This document shows positions 53,501 through 63,608 of a stretch of 64,000 nt of DNA, piece by piece. The stretch lies in NCBI RefSeq assembly GCF_041579695.1, contig NZ_JBFGFI010000001.1, forward strand, positions 15,369 to 79,368, read 5' to 3'. Made by a program: the position numbers and the translations under genes. The DNA comes from Halopseudomonas sp. (GTDB lineage Bacteria; Pseudomonadota; Gammaproteobacteria; Pseudomonadales; Pseudomonadaceae). Every line of letters begins with the position of its first letter. Within the stretch, counting starts at the first letter, position 1. The notes beneath the pieces were generated by a model, which saw only the letters and a list, made by a program, of their open reading frames with translations, ran no database searches and was not told the origin of the DNA.

Positions 53501-56500
53501 CTCGACCTCAGGCTGGCGCAATTCAACCCGCTCGGTCATCAAGGCTTCGTGCATGTCCTCAAGGTTCTGACACAGCGACTCGATGACGTCCAGTTCCACG
53601 TCGCCGGCCACTTCGCCGAGCGCACGCAGGCTCTGACAAAGCTCGCGGCTATCGATTGCCGGACCTTCGCCATTCTCCCAGAGCGCCAGGGTATCGGTAA
53701 CATCCAGCAGATGGTCGATACCCTCGGTCAGGAAGATCGACAACAGGCCAGCGTTGGCAGTGCCCTGGTCCAGGTCCGCGCGACTACTGTCGCGCGCCGC
53801 CAGACCGCGCTGGCGAACGCTGTCCAGGCGCTCGAGAAATTCGTCGGTGCCCTCCAGCGCACGCTCGGGCGTGCTGCCAAGCTGAGCGACGCCGGCTTCA
53901 AACAGTTCGACAGCATCATTGAGCAGATCGACCAGCGACTGGTCAGCCGGGATCAGGTTGGCCTTGAAGTCTTTTGCCAGCCTTTCCAGCGGCGTAGCAA
54001 GCACGGCAATAGGCTGGATTCCGGCCATGTGCGCGCTACCCTTGAGAGTATGCAGCGCGCGCTGCAGGGCATCGCTGACCGGACGGGGCAGTGCCTGTTC
54101 GCATTGTGCGATAAAGGCGTTGATCTGTTCGATATGCGACTGGGTCTCGTTGTAGAAGATCTCCAGTAGCATCGGATCCAGACCGTGCTCCAGGGCCATT
54201 TCCGCCAGTTCGGGTGCTGGCTGTTCGGCGTCGCCGATCACCTCGCTATCGGGCAGTTCCCAGGTCGTTTCAGGCTGTGCCGGGTAAACCTCTTCGGTCC
54301 CGGGCGCTGTTTCGGCCGTGGACTGCTCACCTGCTTCGCTCGCCGCAGGCTCAAGCTCTTGCTCGAGATCAGATTCGGGCTCGGCTTCGGGCTCGATTTC
54401 CAGCTCCACATCGGGAACCGGCAACTCACCCAGCTCTTCCCCATCTGCCAGCACTGTGTCGGCGGTTGCAACTGCGGCCTGCCTGGCAGCTTCTTCGATC
54501 GCATCGCCGCTGCTTTCGGATTCATGCTCGACGGCTAGCGCATCCTCTGCCGACTCCCCGCGTGAAAGGGCATCGGCTATAGCGGTCAGACGACCCACTT
54601 CCGGCAGAGCCTGCTGCTTGCTGAGGGCGAAATCCTCGACCAGTTCAGGCATCACGGCGCGTACCGCGTTGACCACCTCAAAGACTGCCTGCGTAAGCTC
54701 GATACTGCGGTCGATAACCCGGTTGAGCATATTTTCAACCGACCAGGCGAGCTCGGCCATGATGCCGGCCTTGACCATCCGCCCACTGCCCTTGAGCGTG
54801 TGAAATGCGCGGCGCACCTCGGCCCGGGCCTTGTGGTCGTCGTGGCTCGCTTGCCAGAGCGGAGTGAATTCGGTCAGCGTCTCGAGTACTTCGCCTGCTT
54901 CCTCGACAAAGATTTCGACCAGTTCCGCATCAAAATCCTCGTCTTCCGTCGCTGTCGAGGTTTCAGCCGTCTCGCTGACTGGCAACTGCTCTTCAGTCGG
55001 CTCCACGGTGGGCGGAACATCGCTCGCAGTGGTTTCGATCTCTGCCAGCTCGGCCGGAAGCTCGTCCGTTTGCAGATCGGCTGCAATGGCGTCCTCCTGC
55101 TCCGGCGCGGATTCAGGCTCAACCTGTTCCACCCCCGCCTCTACCGAACTCTCGGCCGCAGCCGATGTTTCCGGCAGGGCTGAATCCAGGCCATAGCCCA
55201 GCTCAACAAGTCGATCCGCGGCTACGGCAAGGATATTGTCGCCGCGCTCACTGTCGTCTTCGGCCAGCCGTTCCAGGTAGTAATCGACACTGGTTATTAC
55301 GTCGGCCAGCGCGTCCAGCTCCGGCCAGCCCGGAATCTTTTTCGGAGTCAGCAACTGATCGATGACATACCGTCGGCAATTGCCGATGATCGCGGCGCAG
55401 CGCTCCAGCGGCAGCATTTCCAGACCGCCACGCACACTGTTTAACAGATCGTCGACCGGCTCCAGCTGGGAGTGGTCCCACTGACTGACGATGAAAGCGT
55501 TGATCGCCTCCCTGCTCTGCTCCAATGCATTTCGCGCTTCCTGCACCACCTGGCGATGGACCAGCACCATATCCTGGGCCGCTGCCAGGCGCTGCATGTC
55601 GCTGCCCTGACCTGAGCCAGGCGCCTTGCTGCGCTCACGCTCCATCCCCAGGATGCCGTGCAGGCTGGCCTCGACGTACAGCAGGCCGCCAGCCACATCC
55701 ATCAGTGAGGAATCGTTGATCTCAGACTCCCCGCCGGCCAGCTGGCCAACCAGTTCGATCTGCTCCAGCAGTACCCGCCGGGGCTGACCCAGACCGAGCA
55801 TTGCCAGGGTATCGGCTATCTGCTTCATCGCCGGCACCAGGGCCGCCAGCTCAATGGTCTGGGTCCGGTCGCTACGCACGAACAGATCCAGCCGGTCCTT
55901 GGCCTGCAGCAGCTCCTCACCCAGCGCCTCGACTACCGACTGCATTGCGCTGCGATCAGGGCCGACCAGGCGCGAGCCGGTTGCCTGGTTGGCAATATCA
56001 TCCTCGGTGAGCAGGGCTTTGAGCTGGTAACGCTGTTTCAGTGCATCCAGTCTCGGACTGCCGCCCGGGCTCTTGGCCACGTAGAACAGCAGGTTACGCA
56101 GCAGTTCCAGCGCGGGCGGGTTATCCAGCGCGGCCGCGCCCTGGTCAAGCAGCTGCCGGACCTCGCGGTCAGCCTGCCGCAGCAATTGACGGATGGCTGC
56201 ACCAGCGTCGATGCTGTCATGCTCTACGCCTTCGACTACACCGGCATAGGCAGCCCAGAGATCGGCATGGACAGAACCCTGGCAAAGCGCCTGCAGGCGG
56301 GTAAAAACCTTGCCGAGCCGCTGCGCATTGGCCGGAATATCCTGGTTGCGGATAATGCCCGCATGGGCGACCTGCAAGGCCTGGCGCAGTTTGCGTAACT
56401 GCCGCACGGTATCTTCGTCGGCGAGATTGCCCAGCCGTTCGGCACCCTCTGTTGGGCTGCCGGTATCTACATCGGGCGTGAACAGCGCATTCTCAGACAA

Positions 56501-56896
56501 CAGGTTCTCGCCCCGCGCCGTACGCATGTCGTTGAGTAGCGGCAACAACACCAGAGGCAGGTCTCGTCTTCCCGACTGCACACGGTCCAGATAGGTTGGC
56601 AGCTGGAGTATGGCCTGCATCAGCACGTCGAGCGCCTCGCCCTCGCGACTGGTGCTGCCGTGCATCAATGCCTGGGCAAGCTTCTCCATCTCCTCGGCGA
56701 GCAGTGCAGCTCCGTAAAACTCGACCATCTGCAGCGTGCCATGGACCTGGTGAATATAGGTCAGACAGAAACGCAACCGGGTCGAATCGCCGGGATTCTC
56801 GACAAAGGCTACCAGGGCCTGACGCGCTTGATTCAGCGTCTCGGAAATCTCCCCTTTTACCCAGTCGAGGGCGACATAATCATGCCGATCACCCAT
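50510..56896 (-). CDS. chpA: CheA-like Hpt/kinase/CheW/receiver protein of the Chp system
   Basis: MGDRHDYVALDWV, several HTLKG Hpt motifs, HMLRNAVDHG, SGRGVGMDV, CheW and receiver domains. Confidence 0.96.
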   Translation of the reverse strand: MGDRHDYVALDWVKGEISETLNQARQALVAFVENPGDSTRLRFCLTYIHQVHGTLQMVEFYGAALLAEEMEKLAQALMHGSTSREGEALDVLMQAILQLPTYLDRVQSGRRDLPLVLLPLLNDMRTARGENLLSENALFTPDVDTGSPTEGAERLGNLADEDTVRQLRKLRQALQVAHAGIIRNQDIPANAQRLGKVFTRLQALCQGSVHADLWAAYAGVVEGVEHDSIDAGAAIRQLLRQADREVRQLLDQGAAALDNPPALELLRNLLFYVAKSPGGSPRLDALKQRYQLKALLTEDDIANQATGSRLVGPDRSAMQSVVEALGEELLQAKDRLDLFVRSDRTQTIELAALVPAMKQIADTLAMLGLGQPRRVLLEQIELVGQLAGGESEINDSSLMDVAGGLLYVEASLHGILGMERERSKAPGSGQGSDMQRLAAAQDMVLVHRQVVQEARNALEQSREAINAFIVSQWDHSQLEPVDDLLNSVRGGLEMLPLERCAAIIGNCRRYVIDQLLTPKKIPGWPELDALADVITSVDYYLERLAEDDSERGDNILAVAADRLVELGYGLDSALPETSAAAESSVEAGVEQVEPESAPEQEDAIAADLQTDELPAELAEIETTASDVPPTVEPTEEQLPVSETAETSTATEDEDFDAELVEIFVEEAGEVLETLTEFTPLWQASHDDHKARAEVRRAFHTLKGSGRMVKAGIMAELAWSVENMLNRVIDRSIELTQAVFEVVNAVRAVMPELVEDFALSKQQALPEVGRLTAIADALSRGESAEDALAVEHESESSGDAIEEAARQAAVATADTVLADGEELGELPVPDVELEIEPEAEPESDLEQELEPAASEAGEQSTAETAPGTEEVYPAQPETTWELPDSEVIGDAEQPAPELAEMALEHGLDPMLLEIFYNETQSHIEQINAFIAQCEQALPRPVSDALQRALHTLKGSAHMAGIQPIAVLATPLERLAKDFKANLIPADQSLVDLLNDAVELFEAGVAQLGSTPERALEGTDEFLERLDSVRQRGLAARDSSRADLDQGTANAGLLSIFLTEGIDHLLDVTDTLALWENGEGPAIDSRELCQSLRALGEVAGDVELDVIESLCQNLEDMHEALMTERVELRQPEVEALTAAHERLIGMMDQVAAHQHIAPATAEIAALHALLPHPPQAAGEPVSPAPAVSGATWNPQDAGTDAELVDIFLEEAQEIIDSASASLQEWIADPANTLAVESLQRDLHTLKGGARMAEIPPIGDLAHELEFIYEGLGNQRYQPSAGLNDLLHACHDSLAEMVEGVMAGRPISDGSALIAAIKGYRAQPDKPPQLPGQSDEAEVAPQLQREAKETDSTEILATDPLQGMLGMFVEEARELLAPCAALLARSQDEPAAADELVRRVQTLKGSARMAGQSELAGQSKKLEADLQGASASPEQLNNQLQQLHAAVESLGGGVEPGLADWSMPEIAAPAPSAPPTASAGEPPQAIAAPRQTLAAVKNILQQAMAASDAGSDDQSARISGQETVKVSAKLLEELVNLAGETSIFRGRIEQQVNDLAHTLNDVDSTIERVRDQLRRLDMETQAQILSRHQEEIDQAYEDFDPLEMDRYSQLQQLSRSLFESASDLLDLKETLAAKSRDAETLLLQQARVNTELQEGLMRTRMVPFERLLPRMRRVVRQVASEVGKQVILEIGSAEGEMDRSVLERMIGPLEHMLRNAVDHGIELPEVRQEQGKPEEGRITLDLQREGGEIVLLLSDDGAGINLDAVRRKAIERGLMDADAELTDQEVLQFILEAGFSTADKVTQISGRGVGMDVVNSEVKQLGGSMSLDTRPGKGSTFTIRLPFTVSVNRALMVYSGDDLYAIPLNTIEGIVRVSGYELEAYYAPDAPPFEYAGKRYDLRYLGDLLVTGQQPRLSGHSLPLPVILVRGAEHTVAVQVDALAGSREIVVKSMGKQFAVVPGISGATILGDGRVVVILDLLAIIRAQLALQSQQRLAAERAQGGAEKEEERATLVMVVDDSITVRKVTTRLLERHGMEVVTAKDGVEAIARLQDMHPDIMLLDIEMPRMDGFEVATLVRHDERLKDLPIVMITSRTGEKHRERAKTIGVNDYLGKPYQESQLLEAIGKLVKVRD

Positions 56897-56898
56897 AG

Positions 56899-57783
56899 TC
56901 ACTCCACACTTTCGTGAATATTCCGCCGCACATAGGCCTGTACCCGATCGTCGGGTACCCGCTCTAGCAGAGGATTGTTCCAGTCCACTATCTCACCCAG
57001 TCCGATTATCAGCATGCCACCCGGAGCCAGTCTTTTGGCAAGCAGGTTGAGCAGATCGCGGCGGCGCCAGCGACGGAAGTAGATGAGCAGGTTCTGGCAG
57101 AAAATGATATCCAGGTCCCTTATCGGGGCCTGGGCCAATTCCAGGATGTTCAGCCTGGTAAAGCAGATTCGGTCGCGCAGCGCCGCCAGGATTTCCAGCT
57201 TGTCGCCTTCCACCGGTTGCATCCAACGCGCTTTTTCGACATCGGTAAGACCGCGCAGGCGATTCGCCGGATAGCGCGCCAGACGCGCCTGTTCCAGAGC
57301 CTTGAGGCTGATGTCGGTGGCCCATATCGCATAGTCGGGCGCTTTGCCGCCAGCGTCTGCCAGGCATTGCTCGGTAATCAGGGCCAGGGAATACGCCTCT
57401 TCGCCACTTGCGCAGCCCAGGCTCCACAATTGCAGTGGCTGAGCCGGTGAACGCGTGGTGAGCAGATCGCGGAGATGGTCCTGGACGCAGTCAAAGGAGG
57501 GGCGGTGCCGCATGAAACTGGTTTCACGCACCGTCAGACGATCTATCAGCGCCGACCATTCAATCGCACCGGCCGGCCCTTGGGTGACGTATTCGTAGTA
57601 ACTCTGATAGTCCTCCATCTGGAGCTCGCGCATGCGAGTTGCCAGACTGGTCTGCAGAAAAACCCGGCGCTGGTCAGTGACGCAGACCCCGGTCCGAGCC
57701 TCCAGCAATGCCTGCCATTGACGGAATTGCTGCGTATCCATCTCCGGCAGTTGCTGTAATGACCAGTTTGGCGTTTTCTGCAC
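56899..57783 (-). CDS. pilK: CheR-like methyltransferase
   Basis: TVRETSFMRH, WSLGCASGEEAYSL, ATDIS, FCQNLLIYF; GTG at 57783 after AAGGGA. Confidence 0.9.
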   Translation of the reverse strand: MQKTPNWSLQQLPEMDTQQFRQWQALLEARTGVCVTDQRRVFLQTSLATRMRELQMEDYQSYYEYVTQGPAGAIEWSALIDRLTVRETSFMRHRPSFDCVQDHLRDLLTTRSPAQPLQLWSLGCASGEEAYSLALITEQCLADAGGKAPDYAIWATDISLKALEQARLARYPANRLRGLTDVEKARWMQPVEGDKLEILAALRDRICFTRLNILELAQAPIRDLDIIFCQNLLIYFRRWRRRDLLNLLAKRLAPGGMLIIGLGEIVDWNNPLLERVPDDRVQAYVRRNIHESVE

Positions 57784-57842
57784 TGTGTATCCCTTGCTCA
57801 TTGCGGAGTGCAGATAGCCGCCAGGCTACCCGCGCGCCCATC

Positions 57843-59882
57843 TCAAAGTTGCTGCGGCAGAGTGAAGCCATCGACCGATTGACGCATCGATTCGGCCTGC
57901 GCTGCCAGATCGCCAATGCTGCGCGCTGTGGCCGTGGTACCGGCGGAGGTTTGCGAGGTGATTTCCTGGATCACGTTCATCGTATTGGAGATGTGACCAG
58001 CAGAAGACGCCTGCTGGCGAGCCGCGTTGGAGATGTTCTGGATCAGGGCTGCGAGGCTGGTCGATACCTTCTCGATCTCTTCCAGCGCCACACCGGCGTC
58101 CTGGGCCAGGCGCGCACCGCGGACAACTTCGGAAGTGGTCTGCTCCATAGAGATAACCGCCTCATTGGTGTCGGTCTGAATCGTCTTCACCAGCGCCTCG
58201 ATCTGCTTGGTCGCCGCCGAAGAACGTTCCGCCAGACGCTGTACTTCGTCCGCTACCACCGCGAAACCACGACCCGCGTCACCGGCCATGGAGGCCTGGA
58301 TCGCGGCGTTAAGTGCAAGAATGTTGGTCTGGTCGGCAATGTCGTTGATCAAGCTCACGATATCCCCGATCTCCTGGGAAGACTCACCAAGACGCTTGAT
58401 CCGCTTCGACGTATCCTGAATCTGCTCGCGAATGGTGTCCATGCCGGTAATGGTGTTCTGCACCACTTCGTTACCCTTGTTGGCAATGGCTACCGAACGC
58501 TCCGCTACCGCCGAGGACTCAGCGGCGTTGGCCGATACCTGGTCAATCGACACGGCCATTTCGTTAACCGCCGCCGAGGCGCCGGCAATTTCCTGCGCCT
58601 GGTGCTCGGATGCCTCGGCCAGATGCATCGCCGTGCCCTGGGTTTCCTGGGCTGCAGCCGATACCTGCAGGGCGGTGTCGTTGATCGTGCCGACCAGCGC
58701 GCGCAGTTGGTCGATCGTGTAGTTGATCGAGTCGGCAATCGCGCCGGTGAAGTCTTCACTCACCGTGGCCTCTGCCGTCAAGTCACCGTCTGCAAGGTCG
58801 GCGATTTCGTCCAGCAGACGCAGAATTGCCGCCTGGTTCTTGTCGTTCTTTTCCGCGGTCTCAGCCAGACGGCGACGGGTTTCCCGAGTCATCTGCACGC
58901 CAATCAGCAGAATGCAGGCCAGAGCGACGATACCCAATAAATAGCCGAACAGGGTGTTGATCCAGCGGGCTTCGCTGCGCGCCTCGAAACCGCTGGTCAG
59001 GTCCGACACGTTGTTCAACAGCAGCTGCGAGTCAGCAAAGATCTGGTTTGCCGCCAGACTCACCTGATACAACTCGGGTGAAGTCAGCATAATCTCGTCC
59101 ACCGAGTCGGAAACGAAGCGGAACAGATCGGCAATCTCGTTCAGACGCACAACTACGTCAGGATTCGTCACCTGGGAAATGCCCATGGTGGCGTTGCCCT
59201 CGAGCATGCCAAGCAGTACGCGACCGAACAGACTGGCATCGCGGCCGAAGCTGTCTGCCGCCATGACCGCATCTTCCTCACCCGCGAGTACCCGGTTCAC
59301 CGAGTTCAGAATCCGTTCGCCGAGCAGTGACTGACGCTGGGCAATCGCTACCTGATCAGCAGCAGCTTCGTTGGCGATCAGCAGGTCTACTACTTCCTCG
59401 TACTCGACCTGCAGCTGTGGAATGGTGTCGGAGAGAGTCAACGCTACATCATTCAGCGATAGCACGGTGGCCTGGCTGGCAAGAATTTCGTCGGCGTTGG
59501 TCCGCACACTGCTCCAGTTTTCCTGAACCTGGCCAACCTCGTCATCGAGGACCGCAGGCGCCGAAGGCAGGCCGGTCTCGGAGTGTCCCAATGTCAGGTA
59601 GTCCCAGCGACGCTGGAAATCGTTACGCGCATCAAGCAGCAGACCGAAGGCTTCGGGCGTTCCCGTCGCCGCCTCACTGGCCGACTTCGAGATCTGCTGG
59701 GAGAGCACCCGGAGTTCGCCGGCGTGACCGATGTATTCGGTGTCGTAGCCACTCTGGATGTTGAGATACAGGAAGTTGACGAACAGCAGCAGCAGCGACA
59801 GTACCAGCGCTGCGAACAGGCCGGTAATCGTGCGATTGCTTCGCATTGCGGAGAAAATCTGGGTATCGAACTTTTTCATCAT
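57843..59882 (-). CDS. pilJ: Methyl-accepting chemotaxis protein of the Chp system
   Basis: Two TM helices, [39 protein letters not shown]. Confidence 0.96.
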   Translation of the reverse strand: MMKKFDTQIFSAMRSNRTITGLFAALVLSLLLLFVNFLYLNIQSGYDTEYIGHAGELRVLSQQISKSASEAATGTPEAFGLLLDARNDFQRRWDYLTLGHSETGLPSAPAVLDDEVGQVQENWSSVRTNADEILASQATVLSLNDVALTLSDTIPQLQVEYEEVVDLLIANEAAADQVAIAQRQSLLGERILNSVNRVLAGEEDAVMAADSFGRDASLFGRVLLGMLEGNATMGISQVTNPDVVVRLNEIADLFRFVSDSVDEIMLTSPELYQVSLAANQIFADSQLLLNNVSDLTSGFEARSEARWINTLFGYLLGIVALACILLIGVQMTRETRRRLAETAEKNDKNQAAILRLLDEIADLADGDLTAEATVSEDFTGAIADSINYTIDQLRALVGTINDTALQVSAAAQETQGTAMHLAEASEHQAQEIAGASAAVNEMAVSIDQVSANAAESSAVAERSVAIANKGNEVVQNTITGMDTIREQIQDTSKRIKRLGESSQEIGDIVSLINDIADQTNILALNAAIQASMAGDAGRGFAVVADEVQRLAERSSAATKQIEALVKTIQTDTNEAVISMEQTTSEVVRGARLAQDAGVALEEIEKVSTSLAALIQNISNAARQQASSAGHISNTMNVIQEITSQTSAGTTATARSIGDLAAQAESMRQSVDGFTLPQQL

Positions 59883-59963
59883 CTGGCCCCTACCTGGCCT
59901 ACCGCATGGTTCTTGTTGTTGCTTTTGTCTGTCGCGTTACCGGAATATCCGGTCGCCCCCTGA

Positions 59964-60500
59964 TCAAATCGCTACGTCGAGAAACGCCTGATCTCGCGCC
60001 AAAGCCCTGAAGTTGAATACCAGGGAAACCTGGTCCTGGACATAGGCTCCCACCACAAAAGGTCGAAACCCTTCATCCGTTGTGGGCACTTCGGTGGTAA
60101 AGCTGGTAACAGGAAAATGCTGCATGCCGAGCAGCTCGTCGACCAGCAGGCCGACAAAAAGGCCGTCACGATCAAGCACAAGAACGCGGCGCTGCTTGCG
60201 TGGTGCGCTGACGGCAGCGCCGAAGAAGCGACTCAGATCGATGATCGGCAACAGACGCCCGCGTACGTTGGCCACACCGCGAACCCAGGTCTTGACCCGG
60301 GGCAGCGCCGTGTAACGCGGTTCGTGGAGAATTTCGGCAACCTCGCCCATTGCTGCGACCATTGCCTGGCCGGCGAGCCGGAAACCCACTCCGCTCCAGG
60401 TTTCGCTGACAACGTCCTGCGCAGGCAAGCCCATGGCCTGGCTGCGACAGTGCTGCGCGAGCTGTCTGAGAGTATCGAAAGGATGCGTGGATTCTGACAT
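59964..60500 (-). CDS. pilI: CheW-like protein
   Basis: WSGVGFRL, PRVKTWVRGVANVRGRLLPIIDL. Confidence 0.93.
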   Translation of the reverse strand: MSESTHPFDTLRQLAQHCRSQAMGLPAQDVVSETWSGVGFRLAGQAMVAAMGEVAEILHEPRYTALPRVKTWVRGVANVRGRLLPIIDLSRFFGAAVSAPRKQRRVLVLDRDGLFVGLLVDELLGMQHFPVTSFTTEVPTTDEGFRPFVVGAYVQDQVSLVFNFRALARDQAFLDVAI

Positions 60501-60542
60501 GCCGTGCCTGTTCTGGTTATTATGCGGCATATGCCGGGGCCT

Positions 60543-60908
60543 TCAGGCTCCCAGCACGGACTTCAACGTCTTGATCAGGGTGGCTTCCTCGACCGGCTTG
60601 GTCAGGTAGTCCTTGGCGCCCTGGCGCTTCCCCCAGACCTTGTCTGTTTCCTGGTCTTTGGTCGTCACGATGATCACCGGAATATGCGCAGTTTCGGCGT
60701 CTTTGGTCAACTGCCTGGTGGCCTGAAAACCGTTGAGGCCGGGCATGACGATATCCATCAGAACCGCGTCGGGCTTTTCCTGGCGAGCCAAGGCTACACC
60801 ATCGGCGCCGTTCTCGGCCTTGAGGACTTCGTGGCCATGCTTTTCCAGCATGCCAGTGAGCTTGTACAACTCGGTCGGCGAATCATCTACTACAAGTATT
60901 CGGGCCAT
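60543..60908 (-). CDS. pilH: CheY-like response regulator
   Basis: MARILVVDDSPTE, MDIVMPGLNGFQATRQL, WGKRQGA. Confidence 0.95.
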   Translation of the reverse strand: MARILVVDDSPTELYKLTGMLEKHGHEVLKAENGADGVALARQEKPDAVLMDIVMPGLNGFQATRQLTKDAETAHIPVIIVTTKDQETDKVWGKRQGAKDYLTKPVEEATLIKTLKSVLGA

Positions 60909-60942
60909 ATGGCTCCCCCGGTATGGCTGAAGGTGCGGAGGC

Positions 60943-61356
60943 TCACGCCTCCGAAGCACCTGCTAGGTCGTCGGATTGCGGAACATGGGCGCGGATAGCG
61001 CCCAGAAGCTCTTCCTTGCTGAACGGCTTGGTCAGATACTGATCAGAGCCGACAATCCGCCCCTTCGCCTTGTCGAACAGGCCGTCCTTGCTGGACAGCA
61101 TGATCACCGGCGTTGAGCGGAACGCGCTGTTGTTCTTGATCAGGGCACAGGTCTGGTAACCGTCGAGCCTGGGCATCATGATATCGACGAAAATGATATC
61201 GGGGTTGTTGTCGGCAATCTTGGCCAACGCATCAAAACCGTCTACTGCGGTAATGACGGTGCAACCAACCTTCTTGAGCAAGGTTTCCGCCGTTCTGCGA
61301 ATGGTTTTGCTGTCGTCAATAACCATGACTTTCAGGCTTTCGAAATTTTCTTCCAT
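60943..61356 (-). CDS. pilG: CheY-like response regulator
   Basis: KVMVIDDSKTIRRTAETLL, DIMMPRLDGYQTCALIK. Confidence 0.96.
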   Translation of the reverse strand: MEENFESLKVMVIDDSKTIRRTAETLLKKVGCTVITAVDGFDALAKIADNNPDIIFVDIMMPRLDGYQTCALIKNNSAFRSTPVIMLSSKDGLFDKAKGRIVGSDQYLTKPFSKEELLGAIRAHVPQSDDLAGASEA

Positions 61357-61610
61357 TTAACCAGCCCTTGTTATTAATGGTGAGTCGTCGGCGTCGACGT
61401 CAAAATGGCGGCGCCAGAACGCTCTGTCCCTATTCCGCGTACTTTTATCACAGTTTCCATGGCCAATCTATTTGCCAAGCAGGTATACCCGTTTTTTGCG
61501 TTCAAGGCATCAGATATGAGACATCTGACGACATTAGTCAACCTTTCGCCCCAAGCCTCGCGAGGTTACACTCCTTTCGCATTGTGCCCCACTCAGCGGA
61601 CCGACTACTC

Positions 61611-62573
61611 ATGCATATACGCCTCGGCATCGTGATGGATCCCATCCGTGCGATCAGTTACAAGAAAGACAGCTCGCTGGCCATGCTGCTGGCCGCCCAG
61701 CAACGCGACTGGGAGCTTTTCTATCTCGAGCCGCAGGATCTCTACCTCGCCAATGGCCAGGCCATGGGTCACTTGCGCAAGCTTCGCGTCTACGCCAATC
61801 CCGAGCACTGGTTTGACCTGGCCGAACCCGAGCATGCACCACTGGCTGATCTCGACGTGATCCTGATGCGCAAGGACCCGCCCTTCGACGACGAATTTCT
61901 CTATGCCACGCACATACTGGAAGCGGCCGAACGGGCAGGCGTGATGGTAGTCAATCGTCCGGGCAGCCTGCGCGATTGTAACGAGAAGCTGTTCGCGACC
62001 CAGTTCCCCCAGTGCGCACCCCCCAATCTGGTAAGCCGGCGCGCGGATATTTTGCGCTCTTTTATCGCCGAACACCGTGACGTAATTCTCAAACCGCTGG
62101 AAGGAATGGGCGGATCGATGATATTTCGCATCCGCGAGGGCGACAGCAACCTCAGCGTGATTATCGAAACCCTGACCCGGCACGGCCAGCAGCAGATCAT
62201 GGCGCAGAAATATCTGCCGGAGATCAGCGACGGTGACAAGCGCATCCTGATGATCGAGGGTGAACCGGTGCCTTACTGTCTGGCGCGCATTCCACAAAAG
62301 GGAGAAACCCGCGGCAATCTGGCGGCCGGGGGCCGCGGCGAAGCGCGCCCGCTGACCGAGCGCGACCGCTGGATTGCAGCTCAGGTAGGCCCCTCGTTGC
62401 GCCAGCGCGGCCTGCTGTTTGTCGGTCTTGATGTCATCGGCGACTATCTCACCGAAATCAACGTGACCAGCCCGACCTGCATCCGCGAAATCGACAGCGC
62501 CTACCAGACCGATATCGGCGGTCAACTGATGGACGCCATCGAGCGTCAGCTCCAGGCACGCCCGGGTGCGTAG
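61611..62573 (+). CDS. gshB: Glutathione synthetase
   Basis: GIVMDPI, KDSSLAML, RKDPPFD, RGNLAAGG, EINVTSPT. Confidence 0.96.
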   Translation: MHIRLGIVMDPIRAISYKKDSSLAMLLAAQQRDWELFYLEPQDLYLANGQAMGHLRKLRVYANPEHWFDLAEPEHAPLADLDVILMRKDPPFDDEFLYATHILEAAERAGVMVVNRPGSLRDCNEKLFATQFPQCAPPNLVSRRADILRSFIAEHRDVILKPLEGMGGSMIFRIREGDSNLSVIIETLTRHGQQQIMAQKYLPEISDGDKRILMIEGEPVPYCLARIPQKGETRGNLAAGGRGEARPLTERDRWIAAQVGPSLRQRGLLFVGLDVIGDYLTEINVTSPTCIREIDSAYQTDIGGQLMDAIERQLQARPGA

Positions 62574-62636
62574 ACATTTGCCGGATTGCGCGGCAGACTG
62601 CGCAGAAACGCCAGCCGCATCCCGCCCACGGACAGC

Positions 62637-63548
62637 ATGAAAAAAACCGCTAGACCCGTCACCCCGACTGCCGCCGCCACTCCTGTGGAAGTAACGGCGC
62701 GCGATCGTCTGGGTTTTGCGCTGTTTCTGGCGGCCGTGCTGCACGCACTGATCATTCTTGGCGTGACCTTCGACCTGCCGTCTCCCAGCGAGTTATCGAA
62801 GACTCTGGAGATTACCCTCGCCACCCAGTCCAGCGAGCAGGCACCGGAGAAGGCCGACTACCTGGCCCAACTCAATCAGGAAGGCAGCGGCACACTGGAT
62901 GAGAAGGCGGCGCCCAGCACAACCGAAGAAACGGTATTCCAGGATGCCGAGATCAACCAGGTGACTCCACCACAGGAAGCCAGCGCGCCGCCACCCACCC
63001 CGGCTGTGGAAAAGCAGGTGGTCACCACCACGGCGCCCCAACCGGAAAAGGCAGTCACCGCCCGCGATGCCCCGCCGCCAGAGGAAAAGGTCACGCCTTC
63101 GCTGCCACGCTTCAACCGCAGCCAGCTGTCGGCGGAAATTGCCAGCCTGGAAGCGCAGCTGGCTGAAAAAGAGCAGCTCTATGCCAACCGACCCCGCGTG
63201 CATCGCCTCAACGCGGCCTCGACGATGCAGGACAAGGGCGCGTACTACAAGGATGCCTGGCGTCGCAAGGTTGAGCGCGTCGGCAACCAGAATTACCCGG
63301 CAGAGGCCCGTAGCGAGCGCATCTATGGCAGTCTGCGTCTGCTGGTCTCGATCAACCGCGACGGCACCCTGCGCGAGGTTCAGATCCTTGAATCCTCCGG
63401 CCACAAGATACTCGATAACGCGGCGCAGCGGATCGTTCGACTGGCGGCGCCCTACGCCCCGTTTACCGGCGACCTGATGGATGTGGACGTGCTCGAAATC
63501 ATCCGGACCTGGCGTTTCGAGCCGGGCAACACGATTTCCAGCTTCTAG
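62637..63548 (+). CDS. TonB-family energy transducer (TonB3-like)
   Basis: TM anchor with SxxxH-like AVLH, Pro-rich linker, KVERVGNQNYP TonB C-domain; lies between gshB and algH. Confidence 0.85.
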   Translation: MKKTARPVTPTAAATPVEVTARDRLGFALFLAAVLHALIILGVTFDLPSPSELSKTLEITLATQSSEQAPEKADYLAQLNQEGSGTLDEKAAPSTTEETVFQDAEINQVTPPQEASAPPPTPAVEKQVVTTTAPQPEKAVTARDAPPPEEKVTPSLPRFNRSQLSAEIASLEAQLAEKEQLYANRPRVHRLNAASTMQDKGAYYKDAWRRKVERVGNQNYPAEARSERIYGSLRLLVSINRDGTLREVQILESSGHKILDNAAQRIVRLAAPYAPFTGDLMDVDVLEIIRTWRFEPGNTISSF

Positions 63549-63608
63549 TCTGCCCAGCGACAGCCGCCGATGCTTGAAGCTTGCCGCTCAAACCCCAATA
63601 CTAGGCGC

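Noticed and set aside
61510-61528. TCAGAT-N7-ATCTGA inverted repeat in the pilG/gshB gap
   Set aside because: 6-bp arms occur by chance, there is no second copy, and it does not match a Vfr box I can support.
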